From the human T2T-CHM13v2.0 reference genome, Homo sapiens: DNA of 64,000 nt. Shown here piece after piece: positions 1 to 14,515 of the stretch (position 1 is the stretch's first letter; each line of letters begins with the position of its first letter). The DNA is taken from the NCBI RefSeq assembly GCF_009914755.1, contig NC_060946.1; one strand, 5' to 3'. The notes under the pieces were generated by a model that was not told the DNA's origin, did no database searches, and was given only the letters and a program-made list of their open reading frames with translations. The translations under genes were made by a program, and so were the position numbers.

Positions 1-1432
1 TCTTCTGACCTTGCCTGCCAGTTCCTAGGCCCTAAGTGCACAAGGCAGCAGATCATACAGATGCACCCTCTGCCTCCATTCAACCAAGGTCAGTAGCCAA
101 CTGTGGGCCAGTCCCAGCGCTTCTCATGAGCCTTTGCACCAAACTCAGCCCAAGGAGATCCTGAGTAGCTGCTCTGGGTCAGTAGAGAATGTCTTTCTAG
201 TTGGAGAAGCCAGCATCTCACCCATGGAGGTATTTTATTATCACTAGATTGCCAAAATGCTCTGCTCATCAAGAAATAAGAAGAGGGGGCTCCGTTTTCC
301 TCCCATCACACCTGTTTCTCCCAGTTGCCCTCATTCAGAGGGCAAGTAGTACATTTCTCAGAACAGTATACAAATTCTCAGATCCAGCCCGATCAGCTCT
401 GTTTCCCTCAATGCTGCCCCACTTGCCCCTGCCTTTCTCGTGCTTTCTCCAAGGCCCTGACTCCAGCCTCACCCTTCTACCTTGATGCACCAACTGGCCA
501 TCTTCCCAGTTTCCCATCTTTGGCTTTATTTCCTGAGCTCTCTCATCTTACCTCTGGCAGAGCTCAGCACAGACTGATAATTCAGTAATAAACCTTCAGT
601 CTGGCATGTCCAAGACAGTTACCATGTAATCTAATTGGAGAGGGAAACCCTGGATGAATCTGTTTCATTGCTTCTCATTACCCATTACAATTGGATAATT
701 TTGAGTCCTGAAGACTTTTCAATTCAGTTTAGTGGGCATATACTATACACCTATTATACACTTATTATACATCTACTAGATATGTGTATAGCACTGGGCT
801 GGATGCCCTATGAGACAGATGATGGCACAGAATGTTGGTGCTCAGAGAAACCAGCAAAAGAAATTCTTAATACGTAACCTATGGAGCCCTGGGGTTATTA
901 CATGGATGGTTCCAAGTTCTCTAAAAACAAGACAGAAATTTTTATTTCATAAATTTCCCTCATGCTACGTTGTAAATTGCCTGTCTGGGAAAACATTTTT
1001 ATGTCAAATTATATTGTTAAGGTACTGTTTTCCTCTTAACAAGTACTATAATCATGGTCATCATTTTATGGTATTTAGAATAGAATCTCAAAGTGATAGG
1101 AAAGAAGAAAACCTACTTGCAATTATGACTCCAACATGGCTGGTCTAAATCAGTCCTAGCTTGACCTTGAAAATGTCAGCAAAGCTCACCTTGCCCATAC
1201 TTTCATCACCAAACACGGCAGAGCTCCAACGTGGCTGTCCTTTTGAATGACTGTGATCTTGCCACAGAAAGCTTAGAGCCAATCTAACTGAATTGTCACC
1301 TGACCTTTGCCCATTCTTAATCTAACATTGGACAGTATAAGTCACTGGAAAAAGAATGCTCAAAGCAAAGTCTACAGTGTTCTCCTGAATAGCAATGGCA
1401 ACAACAATAACAATTAAAAAACAACACAGCAA

Positions 1433-1665
1433 GAATAATGGCTAACCTTCATTGAGTGCTGATTAAGTACCAGGCATTCTGCCAAGGACTATACATATCA
1501 TAGTTCACTTAATTCTTTTAACACACACACACACACACACACACACCACATTAGATATTCTGTCATTCTTCACGTTTCAGATTTTTAAAAGACTAAGGCC
1601 TAGAAAGATTAAGTAGCTTTCCCAAGGCCACACAGCTGGGAAAGGGGAAACCAAGATGCAAATCT
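1433..1665 (-). mobile_element. MIR SINE containing an (AC)13 microsatellite at 1521-1546
   Basis: Reverse-complement MIR tail and core: aataatggctaaccttcattgagtgct...ccaggcattctg and gattaagtagctttcccaaggccacacagct. Confidence 0.8.
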
Positions 1666-2469
1666 TTTTTCACCTACCTCAGAGGACAGCACTGTACCTC
1701 AAAGCTATAGCATCTTGCCCGCCACTCTCCTTAATCTTGGAGTAGTGGGTTCCTGTGTTCCATTATTGGGAGAGAAATTTACTGGTGAACAAATGGATGA
1801 TATCTTGATGCTGTAGGTGACATGGAATGGCTGATGAAGCTAACGTGGTTGCCCTAGGCTGCTGTGGAGCTACGAACAGTTGTCTGTTCTCTTCAACCCA
1901 TTGGTGGAGGCACCAATCCCATTTCCCGGTGCCAGCATCAGCTCCTCTATCTCCTATGGTGATCTATTTCCCAGACCACAGCACAACCAGCCCCCTCCCC
2001 TGCCCCAGAAGTAACTACATCAACCTACTACTGCCTCTAGCTGCATGTTTGGTGGGAATGATTCTTAACTTGAAAAAACTGCAATAATACTAAAACTTGT
2101 ATTTGGCCCACCACAGAAGCCTTATCTGTAAGATGTAGAAGGTTCTATGGGAGAATTCTGTGACATTAACTGAAATGCTCTTCACCTGTATTTCACAACC
2201 CTGCCCTTCACCCCCTGCACCATGCCAACCAGCAGCAAAAACTTTCTGTATGTCCTACCCTCAGTGGAAAAGGATAATACAGCCTAAAACAAAACTCGAC
2301 TGAGTTTTAGAATGCCAGTTTTACAGCCGTAACAGTGACAGCAGTCTTAACAGCCTTGAGAGAATACTCAAGAGCTGATCTTTGAAAAAAAGAAGGCATG
2401 GGCATTAAATAAATGATAAAGAAGCCTGAGAGGAGAGGTAACATATATGACATGGGCTAAGAAGAGGAG

Positions 2470-3659
<1,190 letters not shown>

Positions 3660-4596
3660 AGTGCTCATGGAATTGCTAAGGAAAAATAAAAAGCACATAA
3701 ACAGCTTCATTTTAGGGCATGGTCAAGCTACTTCGGGTCTTGGAACACTAGAAAAAAAAAATAGAAGCATCACTTCTGTTACACGGCATTCACTCCCAAG
3801 ACATCAAATTTTCTCCAGTATTTTGAAATAGGTCATGGAATTGACAGCCATTTCTCTTCATCTTGCAGCAGTATGTAACTACTGATGTATTTCAATGAAG
3901 CTAATTCCTGGGTTTTTAATTTATTTTCACTTACACTATCAATGAAGAAGTCCTATTTTGCAAGTCCCATTGGGAATCTTCTCTTACCATCCACATGTTC
4001 ACAATGATAAATGGTTTCATTGCCAAGCAATTTACTTAGAGGGAAAAAACGACACTCAGGGCACACACAAACGTAAGTATCTTCATTGCTTGGAAACACA
4101 TCTGGGATAAGGGGGACCATTTTTCTCCCTCTCATAGCATTCCCACCTAGGCTTATAAATAGTAACATTTTCCCTCTCTTTCCACTTTTTTCTTTATTCC
4201 CATGATGGGAAAGGAAGTATCTAGCATTCAGTGATACAATTTTTCCCTACAGAGCAGAGGAAAAGAGTCTCTACCTAGCCCTCTTCCTTGTGTTTTTTTT
4301 TTTTTCTCTCTGGCATCCACCTACTCAAAACACACACACATTTTTAAGCTCCTGCAGGGGGACAGCTTCAATTCCAGATGATTACTTTCATTCTAGGAGA
4401 GGATTATAGAAAGTCTGTTCAGACTACAAATGCAAAATGGGTTCCCATTCTAACTTCACCAATAATTAAGCTGGTATTTGATCTGCCCCATTTGACCCCA
4501 GTGTACTTCTCTCAATTGGCTCTAAACTCAAAAGTGGGAGAAAGGTATAATATATTGGCCCCTTAACTCTTAAAAGGCTTTTGTGTTTTGCAAATA

Positions 4597-5112
4597 TGGT
4601 AGATTAGAAAAATGGCCACAGATTAATCTCCTTCCCATATCCACAGCTTCACAAGGTAGTGTTTCTCACCAATAGTTGGAGTTTGGGTCCATGCCTTGAA
4701 TGTGGGCTGACTAGTACCTTGCTTTGACCAGTAGGACAGGGGCAAAGGAACAAAAACAAATACTTGAAAAGTACTTGTTCTTGTTCTCACAGGCTTGCTC
4801 TCCGGCTATTCATGGAAGCCAGCCACCATGTGAACAAGCCCAGGCTAACCACCTGGAGGATAAGAAACCAACATGGAGAGTGAGCTCAGACATGCCAACA
4901 ATCAAGACCAGGCTAGCTACTACAAACCAGCAGGCCCTTGCCAATCCACCAGCAGGAATGCAGATGCATGCACAAGCCCAGTTGAGATCAACTGAGCGCA
5001 GCTCAGACCAGAAGAACCATCAGCTGTGCCCAGCCCAAACCGCCAATCCACAAAATCATGAGCCAAATTAATGGCTGTTGCTTAAGCACTAAATTGTAAG
5101 AGAAGTGATACA
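4597..5112 (+). mobile_element. MaLR solo LTR, MLT1F/G-like
   Basis: Start tatggtagattagaaaaatggccaca, internal ccttgaatgtgggctg and cagcccaaaccgccaatccacaaaatcatgagc, end gtgataca. Confidence 0.75.
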
Positions 5113-6404
5113 GTGAAGAAAAAAGCATCAGATGACATTGCCCCTTGGTTGCTTTCTATATCGGTGTGCTCAAGTGTCAGATCCAGCTGATCAACCTCAG
5201 AGAACTTCCTGTTATCCTCTCCTTGAACCACCTTTTTAATACTTAATCAAGAAACAGGAGTAGAACTCAGAAGCCCTTATCTTGGGAGGCTCACCAGATT
5301 CTAGACACTAAGTCTTAAAGCACTCAATGGAACTTCTGGCATATAGTCACTATTATCATTATTGTTATTATTACTTTGCAGATTAAAATGCTCTTTCTCA
5401 GAATAATCTGACAGGGAGAAATTCTTGGTGGACATTTTTGGCAAGTTGGATAAAGTAGTGGTTTGAATTCAAGCCCGGCATTCACCGTTATGGACACTGC
5501 CAAAAAGTTCCTAGCATTTCAGCAATTTTCACTCTTCTGAAAGAACTAGGAGGTGGAAAATTATCCTGTTTCCCAGTCAAGAAAAAATGTTTTTGTAGAC
5601 TGTTGTACACAGTGACAAAACCTTGTCTGTTTCTCCATAAGCAGAAATCTGTAGACACCAGGAAATATAGCAGAATTCTTCTGAGGTTTACTAGTGTGTA
5701 GACAGCCTTACGATTGAACTGGATTCATAATCCTTACCTTGCTGACACAGATGGCATCAAGAATGCAGAGCCAACCTCATTAACTCTAGGACAAAGGGGA
5801 TTATACAAAATAAATTAAACTCAAAGAATCTTAGAGGATTCTGGGCCTCCTTGACACACATCTGACCTTGTGTGGCAAAGTGAGTTCTGGAAACAATAAT
5901 GGGGTTTGTTACTTACCTTTCTGAGTCACAGTTTGGGGACTTGTTGCCAAAAAAACAATGTTGAAATGATTAGATTGCTGAAATGATGCTGTCATGCAAA
6001 GACAGCTCCAACATTTCTATTTCTTTTTTAAGTCAAACAACAGCAGGCTCCTCACTGAAATGTTACTTTTCAGCAGAATTTCAATTTACATTTTTCATTC
6101 ATTTGCAAAATTTGGATTTATTGCTTTTTTAAGGAAGAAAGCAGTAATATTTTGTGGAGGAAGGCAGGAAATGAGACAAATAATTTTTTGTAAGACTTGT
6201 TTGTATGGTCTGTCCATATGAAAAAAATGAAATTCCCATGCAATAAAATAAATTACAAGCAAAAGTTTGTTGGTATATAGTTCCATGTATGTTTCTGCAG
6301 AGAGAAATGATAGCTTTTTATCAGTTGATCAGAAGGGGGGGAAAAGGATTAAAAATATTTATCAGAAAGAGGAAATGGGCAATAATATAGCAGTTAAAAA
6401 ATGT

Positions 6405-6585
6405 GTTCAGGAGCCAGCTTTTTTTACTTTTTGCCACTTACTAGTAGAGTGATTTAGGAAAATAAAAATATGTCTGAGTTGTTTTAGTAAGAATGTGGCT
6501 AATAATGCTTATCCAATAGGGGAGTTGTAAAAATTTGATCAGATCAGATATATAACTGGGATATAGTAGGCACTCAGTAAACAAC
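6405..6585 (+). mobile_element. MIR SINE (degenerate)
   Basis: tgccacttactagtagagtgatttagg...tagtaggcactcagtaaac. Confidence 0.6.
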
Positions 6586-6709
6586 AATGTACTTTCTGTC
6601 CTCTAATTGAGCCCCTTGTGTTGTATTTAAAATCTCTCACAATCCAAACCCAACACAAATTCTCAAGAGTTTCATCTATCAACACTCTATATGTTTTTGT
6701 CATATATCC

Positions 6710-6885
6710 CAGCAGCCCTGGCCTGCTATGTGGTTTCTGTCAACTTCCCTAACCCCTTCTTACCAGTAAAATAGGTATCTACCTCATGGAATCACCATGA
6801 GGATCAAATGACATTATATATACAAAGAACTTGGACCAGGGCAGAGTGTATGATAAGCACTCAATAAATATTAACTAAATATTAC
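6710..6885 (+). mobile_element. MIR SINE
   Basis: gtaaaataggtatctacctcatgg...tgaggatcaaatga...taagcactcaataaatattaact. Confidence 0.7.
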
Positions 6886-7019
6886 ACTTATTATCCTCAT
6901 CATCATTATTAGGTACCACACCCTGACCTCTCCTTTCTCTGTATCATCATAGATGACACTTTATTTTTCTCGGCTTTCCTACATCCTGCTCATGTGTAAG
7001 TCTCAATTCACTGATCCCT

Positions 7020-7250
7020 CCCAGGAATGGCTGAGCCACCATGCCCCCTGATCCATGTGCCTCTCCTATCTCACATACCATATCACTCTATGGTTCCCTG
7101 CTCATCTGTCTGTCCCTCTAGCTAGTCTGTGAGCTTCTAAGGGCAAGAATGGTGCTTTGTTCATCTCTGTACTGCCAGGGCCCAGCACACAGCCTGGCTT
7201 ATGGCAACTGTTCAGTGAATAATGGTGCAATTGAGAGAAAGAATAAATGT
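7020..7250 (+). mobile_element. L2 LINE 3' end
   Basis: ctgtgagcttctaagggcaagaatggtgctttgttcatctctgtactgccagggcccagcacacagcctggc. Confidence 0.75.
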
Positions 7251-7349
7251 ATGGATTCTATCTCCTTCCAAACAAGCATAGCTCTTATTTAATTTCTTCA
7301 TTTATTTTAACTATTTTAGTTTTTGGTGGAAAAAAATGATTTAAACTGG

Positions 7350-10073
7350 TGTCTTAATCCATCCATTCAGGTTGTTAATAACAAAATACCATCGACTGGG
7401 TGGCTTATAGACCACAGAAATTTATTTTTTACAGTTCTGGGAAGTCCAAGGTAAAGACAGAAGAATAGTTGGTGTCTGGTGAGGACTTTCTTCCTGGCTC
7501 ATAGATGGTGCCTCCTCACTGTGTCCTCACATGGTGGAAGAGACTAGTCAGCTCTCTGGTGTCTCTTTTAAGAGCACTAATTCTATTTATGAGGGCTGTA
7601 ATCTCATGACCTAATCATTTACCAAAGACTTCACCTTTTGATACCATCACTGATATGGTTAGGCTTTGTGTCCCCACCCAAATCTCATCTTGAATTGTAA
7701 GCCCCATAATCCCCATAATGTCCACGTGTCAAGGGAGAGACCAAGGGAAGGTAACTGAATCATGGAGAAAGTTTCCCCCATGCTGTTCTCATGATACTGA
7801 GTGAGTTCTCACAATATCTGATGGTTTTATGAGACTCTTTTCCCTTCACTTGGCACTTCTTTTTCCTGTCACCTTGTGAGGAAGGTGCCTTGCTTCCCTT
7901 TCACCTTCCACCATGATTGTAAGTTTCCTGAGGCCTCCCCAGCCATGCTGAACTGTGAGTCAATTAAACCTCTTTCCTTTATAAATTACCTAGTCTTAGG
8001 CAGTTCTTTATAGCAGTATGTAAACAGACTAATACAGTAAATTAGTACCACAGAGAGTCGGGTGCTGCTATAAAGATACCCAAAAATGTTGAAGCAACTT
8101 TGAAACTGGGTAACAGGCAGAGGTTGGAACAGTGAGAAAGTTTGTAACTTCCTAGCAACTTGTTGAATTCCTTTGACCAAAATGCTGGTAGTGAAATGGA
8201 TGATGAAGTCCAGGCTGAGGTGGTCTCAGACAAAGATTAGGAACTTCTTGATAACTGGAATACAGGTGATTATTGCTATGCTTTAGCAAAGAGACTGGCA
8301 GCATTTTGACCCTGCCTTAGAGATCTCTGGAAATTTAAACTTGAGACAGATAATTTAGGGTATCTGGCAGAAGAAATTTATAAGCAGCAAAATGTTCAAA
8401 AGGTGACTTGGGTGCTCTTAAAAGCATTCAGTTTTATGCATTCCAAAAGAGATGGTTTGGAATTGGAACTTATGTTTAAAAGGCAAGCAGAGCACAAAAG
8501 TTTGGAAAATTTGCAGCCTGACAATACAATAGAAAAGAAAAAAACATTTTCTGAGGAGAAATTCAAGCCAGCTTCAGAAATTTGCATAAGTAATCAGGAA
8601 CCAAATGTTAATTACCAAAACAATGGGAACTGTGTTTCCAGGGCATGTCAGAGGTCTTTATGGCAGCCCCTCTCATCACAGGCCTGAAGGCCTAGGGGGA
8701 AAACGTTGTTTTCTGGCCAGGGCTCAGGACCTTGCTGCCTTGTGCAGTCTCGGGAGTTGGTGCCTTGTGTCCCAGCCATGGCTGAAAGGGGCCAACATAC
8801 AGCTCAAGCCATTGCTTCAGAGGGTGCAAGCCCCAAGTCTTGACAGCTTCCATGTAGTATTGGTCCTGTGGGTGCACAGAAGTCAAGAATTGAGGTTTGG
8901 GAACTTCCACCTAGATTTCAGAGGACGTATGAAAACACCTGGATGTCCAGGCAGATGTTTGCTGCAGGGGTGGAGCCCTCATAGAGAACCTCTGCTAAGG
9001 TAGTGTGGAAGGGAAATGTGGGCTCAGAGCCCCCACACAGCATCCCCAGTGGGGCCCTGCCTAGTAGAGCTGTGAGATGAGGGCCACTGTCCTCCAGACC
9101 CCAGAATGGTAGATCCACCAACAGCTTGCACCATGCACCTGGAAAAGCCACAGGCACTCAATGCCAGCCCATGAAAGCAGCCAGGAGTGGGGCTGTACCC
9201 TGCAAAGCCACAGGAGCAGAGTTTCCCAAGACCATGGGAACCCACCTCTCACATCAGTGTGACCTGGATGTGAGACATGGTGTCAAAGGAGATCATTTCA
9301 GAGCTTTAAGATTTGACTGCCCCACTGGATTTCAGATATGCATGGGGCTTGTGGTCCCAATGTTTTGGTCAATTTCTCTTATTTGGAATGGATGTATTTA
9401 CCCAATGCCTACACCTGCATTGTATCTAGGAAGTAATTAAATTGCTTTTGATTTGACAGGCTCATAAGCAGAAGGTACTTGCCTTGTCTCAGATGAGATT
9501 TTGGACTTGGAATTTTGGCTTAATGCTGGAATGAATTAAGATTTGAGGAACTGTTGGAAAGGCACGATTGGTTTTGAAATGTGAAAGGGACATGAGATTT
9601 TAGAGGGGCCAGGGGTGGAATGATATGGTTAGGTTTTGTGTCCCCACCCAAATTTCATCTTCAATTGTAATCATCATAATCCCCAAAATCCCCATGTGTC
9701 AAGGGAGAGACCAGGTGGAGATAATTGAATCACGGGGTGGTTTTCCCCATGCTGTTCTCATGATAGTGAGTGAGTTCTCTCACAAGATCTGATGATTTTA
9801 TAAGGGGCTCTTCCCCCTTCACTTAGCACTTCTCCTTCCTGCTGCCTTGTGAAAAACGTGCCTTGCTTCCCCTTCACCTTCTGCCATGATTGTAAGTTTC
9901 CTGAGGTCTCCCCAGCCATGCTGAACTGTGAATCAATTAAACCTCTTTCCCTTAAATTACCCAGTCTCAGGAAGTTCTTTATAGCAGTATGGAAAGGGAC
10001 TAATACAGTTCCCTTGGGGATCTGAATTTCAACAAATGAATTTTGGGGGGAGGCAAACATTCAGACCATAGCA
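7350..10073 (-). mobile_element. MLT1A/A0 LTR split by THE1 (pieces 7350-7650 and 10008-10073)
   Basis: tgtcttaatccat...ataacaaaataccatcgactgggtggctta...ataccatcac | cttgggga...aaacattcagaccatagca; TSD actgg/agtgg. Confidence 0.88.
7651..10007 (+). mobile_element. Complete THE1 (THE1C/D-like) MaLR element: 5' LTR 7651-8036, internal 8037-9620, 3' LTR 9621-10007
   Basis: Two direct LTRs of 386 and 387 bp (tgatatggttagg...actaataca), a 1584-bp internal region, purine tract ggggccaggggtggaa before the 3' LTR; internal ORF broken into fragments (8403-8687, 9126-9440). Confidence 0.95.
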
Positions 10074-12984
10074 AGTGGTTTAAGCAAAAGGGAATGTATC
10101 TCTCAATTAAGAAGTCCAATAGACAGTTCCTGGCATACCTGGATACAGGTATTGTACCCACTTCTAACTCTGCTTTCCTCCACGTTGGTTTCATATTGAT
10201 ACAGCCTCAGCCGTGCTCCCTTTTGGTGGCCAGATGGTCATTGGTGACTTCAGACTGCATATTCCCAGACTACTTGTGCCAAGGCAAATAACTTATTCTT
10301 CCCAATAGTTCTATAAATGTTCCAGAATTGAAATTAACTGGCTAGATACCCTCCCCTGGAGAAAGGTAGTAAGAACTCCATATTCTCTAAAAGACTAGTT
10401 GCTTCCCAAAGGAAATTGGGTGTGGTTACCCAAAGAAGAAAATATATAGGCTCAACAGGCAAAAATATACTTGTCTATTACAAGTTCCCTCTCTGTCTCT
10501 AGTCCTCCTTGCTCCTAAATTTTCACCTAGAGAATTGGGCTTCCACCAATACTAACCACCTGCTTTCTTCTTCTCAGTTTGTGGTAGCCTCTCTCTTACA
10601 ATCTGTGACACTTTGAGAAGACCCACTAGCCACCCTCAGTCTGTGTGCCCATGGCCTGCTTACTTAAGCCACATCTGTGCAGCTTCCTGATCACACTCAG
10701 TGCTGGAGTTTTAGAGGTCTCAATACTGGACACCTCTTTCCTGCCCTGGTGCAAGACCAACTTAGAAATAAGCAAAAGGTTCAGGCAGTTGGGATTTTAA
10801 AAGTTCCCTTCCCCACAGACAACAGTTGTTGGAGAACAAGACTTAAATGAGTAGCAGCAATGGGTTTCCTAGTATTGCACATTAGAACTGGGCAGACTTC
10901 TCTACCTGGTCACACAGAGTGCTGAAAGCCTGCTGGCTTCCCCATGGAGCCTGCCCCAGAAAGAAAAAATTGAAAACATGAAAACAACTCTACTCCTACA
11001 GCATTCAGGAGTAGAGTTGTGCTTTCTGCAGGCAGGAAGGAATCAAGAGAAAAACAGAAAGTGGCCACGCCAGGGATGCCTAGTTCCTTCTCCCAAACTA
11101 ACCAATCAAGTAAGTCTCTGCTCCCCCAGAGAAGGAGTGATGGACGTGTGAGGGAGAGATGCCTGTGTATTACACCAATGCATGCTCTTCTGCATGCAGT
11201 GGGAGACAAGAGTCCCCCCAACAATCAACCTGGGTCTGGCTTGTTTGTGCATCACTGGTGCTGTAATCCTGACAAAGAAAGCACCTCCTTTCCAATCATG
11301 TTCTCTTTGCAAGCAGCTGGAAGTAATCTATAGGGATGTTGTCACTCTTTGGACACCCCCAGGAAGATTCCACCTCCAATTCCACAAGTAGCAGGATGGG
11401 GCATGGGAAGAGGCTGAAGGGGAGGGGGCAAGTAGCTGATCCATTAAAATCAACTTGATGGCAGTTCCTTTTGTCTTCCAAAAAAACAAAGTGTGTGTAC
11501 TACCAAAGATTTTTGCTGACTCTTGGCTTCTTTGCTTTTAGTGCTATTGTTCACCCTGGGGATTTATGGTAATTCTTACTCCCTAAAAGATATCTCTGTA
11601 AGAATGCCCATAAATTTAGGAGGAATTGTTTCGATTTTCCTTACTAATTATTTTGCCTCTCAGTTATATATCAGCAATTTTTAAAGTCATAGGATGTTTC
11701 TTAGATACAATGGAGTATGAGACACAGGGCTCTGGGATCCAACAGATACCTAATTAAGAGTAAATCAGGTAAAAGCACAGACGGGGAACCTACTGCACAT
11801 AGAAGATTGCTCTACCTGCCATGGGAGGACAGCGGGGAACAGAAAAGTAGTGTCTGACCTTGAAGCAATAGCCATTCCCAAGGCTACTTCCATGAATACA
11901 AAATGACTTAGCAAAGCAAGGACATTTTAATACAGCAAGTTTTGTTTGGGATATTTCCAACTATATCAGACAGGGGTCTCTTGATGAGTACACAAGGGAG
12001 GCATTTCTTTCTGTTCTCTATACAAGAAAAATCTAGTAAATCTAGTATTTTACTGACAAATTATTTTGTTTGCAAACAATGAGCCATGAATATCATACAA
12101 GCTAATTTTGGTTTTCTTTTTTATTTTGGCTGCCAGGGAGCTCAAAACCAATATTCAACCCATTTCTAACAATTGTATAGGAGCTTGTAGCAGGCATTTT
12201 ACATACTAATCTTAGTTTTCCTTGGTTCTCCAATCCTAATGGTCCCTTCATCCTAATTTGTTCATCCATTTATGGTGGCCTGCTCACTGGGTTACAGAGT
12301 CCCTGGCCTTCACAGGTTCATAATTTTAGAAAGCGGCCCCAGCTACCTTTCTCTGCTTCTCTGCTCAATTTCAGAAGATGTTTGTCATTACAGAAACCTG
12401 GAAGCAGCCCATGCTGCAGGTAAGGGGTAGCTGAGATAAGGCATGTTCTTGACTTTGGGTAGAACAGAAGAGACTAGAAAAAAATCCCTAGAACAAAGGC
12501 TGAGAGTAGAACAGAGTGTGCACAGCCAGGAAGGGTAATAAGCATTACAGAATTGAGTAGAAGTCATGAACAAGGACTTCCCAGAGCCTGGGTTGAGGTA
12601 AAGGGACAGAAAAGGATGGGGGTACTTACACATGCTGTGGAAGATGCAATACTGGGAAGGAGAACATATATTCCATGAAAGCAGGAGACATATTGTCTTG
12701 CCCATTACTGTCACACATGCCAAGCATGGGATTGCATTCAACTAATCTATTTTCAATGAACAAATGCCTCAGTAGGGATGGTTCATTCGTGATCTGCTTC
12801 TCTCTTGACACCTCTATACCTTGAATTCAACCTTCCTTTCATTCTCTGATGCAACAGTGTTGGAGAAGGCAAAGTAAATACAGTGACCTAGAATCAAAAG
12901 TTGCAATATTAGTGAGCCCTCAGCATGTTGGGCTAGCCAATGTACCAGGGGAGAGACTGATGCCATCTTACTTATGATTCTGCA

Positions 12985-13220
12985 GAGCTTAGCAGTTTAG
13001 CACATAGGCTGCAGATCCAGATACCTTGGGTTCATCTCCCAACTCTGATACCTGGCATCTGTAGGACCACAGCCAAGTTATATGAACACTCTGTGCCTCA
13101 ATTTCCCCATCTGTACAATGGGGATAATAACAGTAGCAACTGAATAGGACTGTTGTGCAGACTGAGCCAAGATATGTGCCTGGTATATAATAAATACCAT
13201 ATAGGTGCTAGCCACTATTT
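12985..13220 (+). mobile_element. MIR SINE
   Basis: Core ctctgtgcctcaatttccccatctgtacaatggggataataacag. Confidence 0.85.
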
Positions 13221-13291
13221 CTAGCTAAAGACCTGGTCAGCTATGGCTCATACCTGCATGGTGATGCTATAAACTTTACTCTTTATAGTGA

Positions 13292-13393
13292 AGCAGACAC
13301 TGGGAGCCAGGGTGGTACAGAGCATGGGAACAGAGCTATAGAGAAAGGGAAGAGGTCAACAGAATCGGGTATCAGTGAGGATGGGGTCAGGAA
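13292..13393 (+). repeat. Local direct repeat A, copy 1 (partner 14516-14617)
   Basis: 102 bp, 94/102 identical by manual alignment, no gaps. Confidence 0.95.
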
Positions 13394-13629
13394 GGACAGA
13401 GTGCACCAGCAGAACACGCATCTGGGAATGTACCCCTCCAAGTCCTCACTGGCTGGGATTCAAACATGAGACCCAAGTCTCCAGACCAGTCTGGAAAGAC
13501 CAAGTCAGAGGGCCAGACCTGGAGGGTCTGGCACCCAAGGAAGAATTATTGGTTCTTGGCTCCTTCCCAACATTCTGCTGGGGAAAAAAAAATCCTTAGT
13601 CCTTCCCTGGTGTTTTTCAAGGAACCACC

Positions 13630-14468
13630 ATTCAACTAGTCATGTAGGCAAACACCTTAGAACCACCCTAGAGTTATCTTTTGCCCTCATCCCCAGAATT
13701 TCCACTGCCAAAGCCTAACCTACACCCAGCTACTTCTCTCTATCTCTGCTACCGCCACCATCACCTCTTGCCTGGGTAACTGGTCAGACCCTGCTTACTG
13801 GTCTCCCCAGAGCTTCCCCTTCTCTCCACAACCCACTTTCTGAACAGCAAGCAGGTGGATGTATTTTTTAGTGTAAATCTAATCACAACTTCTTCTACTT
13901 AAAACTCTACACTGGCTTTCTGTCACCCTTGGAATAAAATTGATGCTTCTTCCTTTAGCCCATGACGGCCTCAATCATCTGGGCTCTGCTGACTTCATCC
14001 TTCAACACGTTTCCTCTCTTGTACCATAATTTAGCTGCATATTCTTTTTTTTTGCATTTCCCAAACACACTAGGCTATTAGCACTCTGTGGCCCTTTGCA
14101 TTGGCTGATCCATCTGCTTAGAACTTTCTGATTTCCAGTCTTTTCCCCCTAGATGGTTCCTTTTTGTCATTCAAGCCTCAGCTCAAATGGAAGACCTTCC
14201 CTAGCCACCCATGCTGGGGAAGCATCCAATTCCACTTTCTCTCGCCCTCCGCCCCCCACTTCATGGCACTGAAAACTAATAGGAATGTTCTTGTTTGTTT
14301 GTTTACTTTTTCACTGTGCCCCCAAGTAGAAGGTGAGCTCTATGGGAGCAGGGATTTTACCTGTCTTGCTATCTACTATTTCTCTAGATCAATACAGTCC
14401 CTAGAATAATACCCGGCACGTAGTAAGTGCTAAGAAAATATTTATTGTGTGAGCAACTTAATCAATCA
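13630..14468 (+). mobile_element. L2 (L2a-like) 3' portion
   Basis: tgtaaatctaatcac...cttggaataaaat...gaaggtgagctctatgggagcaggga...cggcacgtagtaagtgctaagaaaatatttattg. Confidence 0.8.
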
Positions 14469-14515
14469 GAATATGCCCCAGAGCCTGGGGTGTAGTCTTT
14501 AACCCTCTGTAATAG

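Larger units (their letters stand above)
7310..10482 (-). mobile_element. Old MaLR LTR (MLT1K/L-like), outermost host; pieces at ~7310-7349 and 10074-10482
   Basis: Joining the flanks gives ttaaactggtttaagcaaaagggaatgtat...aagtcca; ends ttcccaaaggaaattggg...tgtctattaca. Confidence 0.6.

Noticed and set aside
740-783. Degenerate 11-bp unit repeated four times (ctattatacac-like)
   Set aside because: Ordinary slippage minisatellite with no further structure
8396-9440. Cluster of ORFs in the THE1 internal region
   Set aside because: Fragments of the decayed MaLR internal ORF; not an intact gene
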